A DNA stretch of 32,000 nucleotides from Flavobacteriaceae bacterium (GTDB lineage Bacteria; Bacteroidota; Bacteroidia; Flavobacteriales; Flavobacteriaceae): contig OZ245049.1 of NCBI GenBank assembly GCA_965224465.1, positions 4,260,001 through 4,292,000 on the forward strand. Direction: 5' to 3'. The notes under the pieces were generated by a model, which saw only the letters and a program-made list of their open reading frames with translations, was not told where the DNA came from and searched no databases. Position numbers and translations under genes: made by a program. This document shows positions 27,476 to 32,000 of this stretch, piece by piece. The stretch's first letter is position 1; every line of letters begins with the position of its first letter.

Positions 27476-28674
27476 TACTTTTAACAGATATGCTTGATTC
27501 CAGCCTGCTTTAAGTCTTTTTCCAGCAATACCTTGTTTCTCCGTTTTTTCGTTTCTCAATAGATTCAGGGCAATTTTCAATAGTATTGAATAGTTTTGAG
27601 CTGCATTTTTATTTCTTTTTCTAGAGGCATCCTCTGAGAATGCAACATCCAATGTCCAATGTAATTTATTCTCTACACCCCAATGAGAACGAATATGACT
27701 TTGATGATTTACAGCGGTATCTTTTAAGCTAGAAATGTAATATCTAGTTGCCTTTTCTGTTTGTTTATCACTGTTTTTGAACTCCCTTATACTTTCTATT
27801 TTTATAACTTGAGTCAACTTATTCCATTTATTATCTGCGTTCTTAATAAATTGAAAATCAGAAATTACGCTACATTTTCTAGTTTCAATTCTTCCATGAC
27901 CAAGGTCAAAGTCTGTATCTATTTCTATGTTTTTTGAGAATTTGAATTCGTCCTTTATTTCCTCTAGTAGTTGTTTTTGATTTCCCTTTACGGCAAGTAT
28001 GTAATTGGCATCATTTTTTATAATCTTATCCGCAATATCAGTTTGAGTTCCCATTGCGTCTATTGTAATTATATTGCCTTCTATACACAAAGTATCAAGT
28101 AATTCCGGGATCGCAGTTATCTCATTAGATTTTTCATTGACTCTAATTTGACCCAAAACTAAATTGTTTTGATCAGCCCATGCGCTCACCATATGTACAG
28201 GTGATTTTTTTCCATTTGATTTTGCTCCTCTAAGCGCTTTTCCATCAATAGCTATTACCTGCCCTTTTGATATAGTTGAAATAGAATTGACCCATTCTAT
28301 GAAACATGTTTCAAGCTGAGAACTGTCTATCGACGAGAATACCCTGTTAATAGTGTCTTCTGATGGTATTCCATTTGGTAATTGTAGAAATTTCCTTAAA
28401 AAACCTTCTTTTGAACAAGCAAACTCAACCATTTGTTTCCATGTTTCTGCTCCACAAATGACTGAAATTATCCCAATAAGGAGGATGTCAACCAAGTTGT
28501 GTAACTTGTTTATATCGCTTCTAGGGTCTTCTATATTGCCAAAAATACTCATTATTTTACTGTCTGAATTCATATCGTTACCTATCTAATTATCAACATA
28601 ATATACTGATAATTAACGAGGTAAGCAACTTAAATTCAATGAAATTAACTTAAAAATAGTATGAGTTTGCCCTG
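27448..28674 (-). mobile_element. ISAs1-family insertion sequence
   Basis: 1227 bp with TIRs CAGGGCAAACTCA / TGAGTTTGCCCTG. A perfect 10-bp target duplication TAAATATAAT lies at 27438-27447 and 28675-28684. Confidence 0.9.
27458..28573 (-). CDS. ISAs1-family transposase (H-repeat-associated type)
   Basis: 371 aa with IEDPRSDINKLHNLVDILLIGIISVICGAETWKQMVEFA, VIAIDGKALRGA, ITIDAMGTQ, AVKGNQ and HWGVENKLHWTLDVAFSEDASR. Confidence 0.9.
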   Translation of the reverse strand: MNSDSKIMSIFGNIEDPRSDINKLHNLVDILLIGIISVICGAETWKQMVEFACSKEGFLRKFLQLPNGIPSEDTINRVFSSIDSSQLETCFIEWVNSISTISKGQVIAIDGKALRGAKSNGKKSPVHMVSAWADQNNLVLGQIRVNEKSNEITAIPELLDTLCIEGNIITIDAMGTQTDIADKIIKNDANYILAVKGNQKQLLEEIKDEFKFSKNIEIDTDFDLGHGRIETRKCSVISDFQFIKNADNKWNKLTQVIKIESIREFKNSDKQTEKATRYYISSLKDTAVNHQSHIRSHWGVENKLHWTLDVAFSEDASRKRNKNAAQNYSILLKIALNLLRNEKTEKQGIAGKRLKAGWNQAYLLKVLSIKV

Positions 28675-28854
28675 TAAATATAATAGGTTCTTTTGGTTAT
28701 TGGGAAGATTTTCTATATACAAGGCAACAACAAAAAAATCTCAAATATTCTTATCAAGAATATCTGTCTGAACGATTGAAAAACGATTCAAATGATTTTA
28801 AGAATCAACTTACCAAATAGATAATCCCCAACTTAATAGATTGTTTTTTAAAAG

Positions 28855-28918
28855 CTTGTGAATTGTAGTCTGATTTCGATTTAACACAGCTCACTTTAAA
28901 AAGAGAAAAAGTTAATGG
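28855..28918 (+). pseudogene. fragment of a lipoprotein immunity gene N-terminus
   Basis: TGTGAATTGTAGTCTGATTTCGATTTAACACAGCTCACTTTAAAAAGAGAAAAAGTT aligns with 26925-26985 of the gene at 26882 (SC..DFDLTQLTLK). It has no start codon and contains a stop. Confidence 0.55.
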
Positions 28919-28934
28919 TAGTACAAAGTTTAAA

Positions 28935-29303
28935 TTGAATACTCCCTCATACGTTAATGAGGGAGAGGCTGAGTTAAAAACGGTACTTTCTATAGAATTA
29001 AAAGCAGGAATTGAAGTTAAAGCCGCAATTGTTATAGTTATTGGAGAAGCCTATTTTAAGGCAGAAGCATCCGCTAAAGGAAAGGCATCCGTAACTTTTG
29101 GCCATGGATTATATTATAAGCAGGTAAATAGCAAAAATAGAGAGTTGTATTATGCTCCAAAACTGAATTTTGATGGGTTAAAAGTAAGTGCTGTGATTAA
29201 AACCGAAATTGGTCTTTTAATTAAAAAAGGTTGGTTTAAAGGAGATTATGATGGAGATTTACTGGATTATAAAACAAAAAAAACACTTTTTTGCCCCTTT
29301 TGA
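28935..29303 (+). pseudogene. orphan effector cassette 2: extreme C-terminal fragment (~110 codons) only
   Basis: LSIELKAGIEVKAAIVIVIGEAYFKAEASAKGKASVTFGHGLYYKQ...YYAPKLNFDGLKVSAVIKTEIGLLIKKGWFKGDYDGDL aligns with the end of orphan 1 (VGLKIEAGLVVKARLVVIVGEFYAQAYAKFEGLGSITFGH...IGLLIKKGWFEGDYNKDL). Confidence 0.75.
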
Positions 29304-29368
29304 TGTTCTTAAAGAACTAACTGGTAAAGAGGTTAAAATAATACTCATAAATTCATAAAAAAAACACA

Positions 29369-30079
29369 ATGAAAGTAGCGCAACAACTTTTTAGTATAAT
29401 ATTTTTAATTCTGTTACAATCGTGTAACTCACAAGAGAAAAAAGGAAACAAAAACAACGGAACAATGCAGCAACCATTTGATTTAGCTAACCTTACCTTA
29501 AATGAAAATATTGATGATATATTGTTAACAACTCATACATCCTTAAATGACACCATAATAGTGAACGATTACACCTATTTAGGGAATCAAAGGGTAGCAT
29601 TTTTTAAAAAAAACATATTAGTTTTTAATGGAGCACAACTTTTTAATAAGAACGATGAAATTAAAAGCCAAGTATTGTTTCATTATGGTAAAATAGACAA
29701 AGAATTAGGAGCATTTCATAATGAAAAAGATGATATTTTAGGAATGTATCAACTCAATCTAAACACAAAAAAAGAAAGTGAATTGCTCTTTGTTAATTTA
29801 AATAGCAAACTCGGTAAATGTGCTTTCACAAAAACAAGAGAAGGTTTTATAGCTGATATAAAAGAGAACAATCTAATCCCTACAAAAGATAAATTTAATG
29901 AAGAAGTATTTATTTGGAAGAAGAATGAATTAATATATTACTATTTTAAATCAGAAGTAGAAAATAAACCCAAGCAATACTTTTGTAAACTTTTTGTATT
30001 TAAATTTAATCATAAAGAATGGGTCAGCTTTTTAAGTACTTCAAGTTACCCTGAAGCTAATGAAATATTATCCTTTTGA
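29369..30079 (+). CDS. lipoprotein, candidate immunity for orphan 2
   Basis: Signal and lipobox are IFLILLQSC. It shares the post-lipobox motif FDL..LTL with the 26882 lipoprotein. Confidence 0.6.
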   Translation: MKVAQQLFSIIFLILLQSCNSQEKKGNKNNGTMQQPFDLANLTLNENIDDILLTTHTSLNDTIIVNDYTYLGNQRVAFFKKNILVFNGAQLFNKNDEIKSQVLFHYGKIDKELGAFHNEKDDILGMYQLNLNTKKESELLFVNLNSKLGKCAFTKTREGFIADIKENNLIPTKDKFNEEVFIWKKNELIYYYFKSEVENKPKQYFCKLFVFKFNHKEWVSFLSTSSYPEANEILSF

Positions 30080-30868
30080 AAACACTACTGGAAATCATTT
30101 TAATGACAGTTCTGTTACAATCGTGTAACTCACAAGAGAAAAAAGGAAACAAAAACAATGGAACAATGCAGCAACCATTTGATTTAGCAAATCTTACCTT
30201 AAATGAAAATATTGATGATATATTGTTAACAACTCATACATCCTTAAATGACACGTTAATAGTGAACGATTACACCTATTTAGGGAATCAAAGGGTAGCA
30301 TTTTCTGAAAAGAACTTATTAGTTTTTAATGGAGCACAACTTTTTAATAAGAACGATGAAGTTAAAAGCCAAGTATTGTTTCATTATGGTAAAATAGACA
30401 AAGAATTTGGAGCCATTTATAATGAGAAAGATAACATATTGGGTATGTATTAAATAAAAACAGCAACAGAAAGTAAAGCCGATTTACTTTTTAAAGTCAT
30501 TAATTATAGAAAATAAAGAGTAAAAAAATATAAATTAGGTACTATTGAAACCCATCATTGGGTAAATAACAATATGTATTTTTATTATATTATGAAAAAA
30601 GAAAATTCAAAAAACGTGTTTTTAAACATATTATTTGTCTTTAATAAAAACCACAAAGAATGGATTAATTTAATTGGTGCGTTAGGATATTCTGATGATA
30701 TGTTTTATGAAAATAAATAAAGATACCGGAAGATTTTCAGAAAACTAAATGGTTTATTTTGTTCAATATAAAATCATGAAAAAAGAAATAAATTATTCCT
30801 ATCAAGATTGTCTAGTTGAACGATTAAAAATGAATTTTGATTATATTCAGAATATAATAACCAAATAA
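30076..30868 (+). pseudogene. decayed tandem duplicate of the 29369 lipoprotein gene
   Basis: The first ~125 codons are nearly identical to 29369..30079. Then come a premature TAA at 30451, further stops and frameshifts. Recognisable remnants remain: YFYYIMKKENSKNVFLNILFVFNKNHKEWINLIGALGYSDDMFYENK and INYSYQDCLVERLK, the latter matching the tail at 28685..28820. Confidence 0.65.
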
Positions 30869-30898
30869 ATATCCAATTAAAACATTAAAAGAAGAGTT

Positions 30899-31675
30899 AT
30901 GAAAGAACCTTATTATATGATTGATTTTAATGCAGGAGCATGCTTATTTGAAATTAGAGTAAACGATCAACCAGTATTAAAAATGAACCTAGAAGGTCAG
31001 GCATCAACAAGAATCCCTATTAATAATGCAATTTTCAATAGTGGAAAACAAGAAGTTTCTGTTAAAATGCTTCCATTGTTAGGGCAAACAAAATTTTCAT
31101 CCAAAGCAGAGCTAAGCTACTCTATAAAGCTGTTTGATACAGTAAATGATTTTCAGTATAAGGAGCAGTATGATGGTTTTGAATCTATGAAAATTGAAAG
31201 TACAACAGCTCTAATAATAACGAATACGTTTTTTTTTAATGCGGAAATTCCATATAAGTTAAAAGATTATTGGAAAGATGGTGGGGAGATAAAAGACATT
31301 GAGGATTATGAAAAAAAAATAAGGAGAGCATATTTAGGGATAATAAACTTAATTAAAGGAGAGCAATTTGATTTGTTTTCTAAAAAGATATCTGATAGAG
31401 AATATAACATAGCTACTTCAATGTACCTTTCTTCAAATGAGTCAAATAGGAGGATTCAGGGTTTAATTAATGATTTAAATAGCGGATATGACTATCTTCT
31501 ATTTGAGGAAGAGTTTGCAATACCTGTTATTTCATCTTACGGAAAAAAAATAGCGTTGAAGAAAATAGACGGAGATCCGGCTTTAGGTTTTGGAAATAAA
31601 GAGAAAAGAGAGCAGCTTCTGTTAGATATAGAGTTTTATTTTAATAAAACAACCAATTCATTTGAAATTATATAA
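30899..31675 (+). CDS. 258-aa protein, distant member of the 286-aa family
   Basis: KEPYYMIDFNAGACLFEIRVNDQPVLKMN...IPINNAIFNSGKQEVSVKMLP parallels KFEKPYYSIYVYELSAGEIWVNDVPLLNW...IPINQVVLQNGVYELKCILKP. No signal peptide. Confidence 0.55.
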   Translation: MKEPYYMIDFNAGACLFEIRVNDQPVLKMNLEGQASTRIPINNAIFNSGKQEVSVKMLPLLGQTKFSSKAELSYSIKLFDTVNDFQYKEQYDGFESMKIESTTALIITNTFFFNAEIPYKLKDYWKDGGEIKDIEDYEKKIRRAYLGIINLIKGEQFDLFSKKISDREYNIATSMYLSSNESNRRIQGLINDLNSGYDYLLFEEEFAIPVISSYGKKIALKKIDGDPALGFGNKEKREQLLLDIEFYFNKTTNSFEII

Positions 31676-31755
31676 AAGCTGTTCTATCCGAATGGTACTG
31701 TAAAATTAATGTTTTTCTGTTAGTTCGAGTCATTACCTTATCTACCCACAGTTAG

Positions 31756-32000
31756 TTTAAGTGGACATTATCATTTTTGCTTAACCTTACCAACGATTTA
31801 AGTGTTAAATGGCAAAATTTGGATGCTCATGAACATAAAAAACTTCAAAAAAGAGCTGGTAAAATTGGGGCTGAAAAGCGTTGGAAACAAAAGGATGCTA
31901 CTTTTGGATATAGCCTAAAAAGTGAATGGGATAAAAATAGTGCTGGTAAATTTAATAAAGAAAGAGAGTTAAAAGCAGAATATGAAACAAAGTTTAAAAA
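31756..32000 (+). pseudogene. orphan effector cassette 3: 5'-truncated, continues past the window end
   Basis: FKWTLSFLLNLTNDLSVKWQNLDAHEHKKLQKRAGKIGAEKRWKQKDATFGYSLKSEWDKN aligns with orphan 1 (IKWDFHLFLNLSNSLAVKSQNLSPAQHKKMQSNAGKIGAEKRWKQTDIDFGVVLAAKWDKN). Weak homology continues upstream to ~31690 across an in-frame TAG at 31753. Confidence 0.7.

Overview
AT-rich segment that looks like a Bacteroidota (Flavobacteriia-like) chromosome. Positions 1-10.7 kb hold ordinary housekeeping genes: a partial amidohydrolase, an M28 peptidase, an outer-membrane beta-barrel protein, a 1008-aa TPR protein, ftsE, a small membrane protein, a DUF2132-like protein, a Cof-type HAD phosphatase and a DEDDh exonuclease. 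From about 9.4 kb to the window end the content is accessory. A family of ~161-bp MITE-like elements with terminal inverted repeats has four copies, and one sits inside the hcp/tssD tube gene. After that comes a Bacteroidota-type (T6SS-iii) hcp-vgrG effector island with two cargo modules. Module 1 is vgrG, a 58-aa beta-strand ORF, a metzincin-like HExxH effector and a YwqK/MORN-like immunity protein. Module 2 is a LysM-like protein, a DUF4280 PAAR-like protein and an 889-aa effector with a degenerate OmpA-like domain and a Gly-rich amphipathic C-terminal domain. Module 2 is followed by tandemly duplicated 286-aa and 158-aa genes. Next come at least three 5'-truncated orphan copies of the same effector family, each with lipoprotein candidate immunity genes. 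This array is interrupted by an IS30-family and an ISAs1-family insertion and by several pseudogene fragments. The most interesting feature is this Rhs/CDI-style orphan cassette array built on an apparently uncharacterised effector family. All family assignments rest on motifs read by eye; no database search was run.
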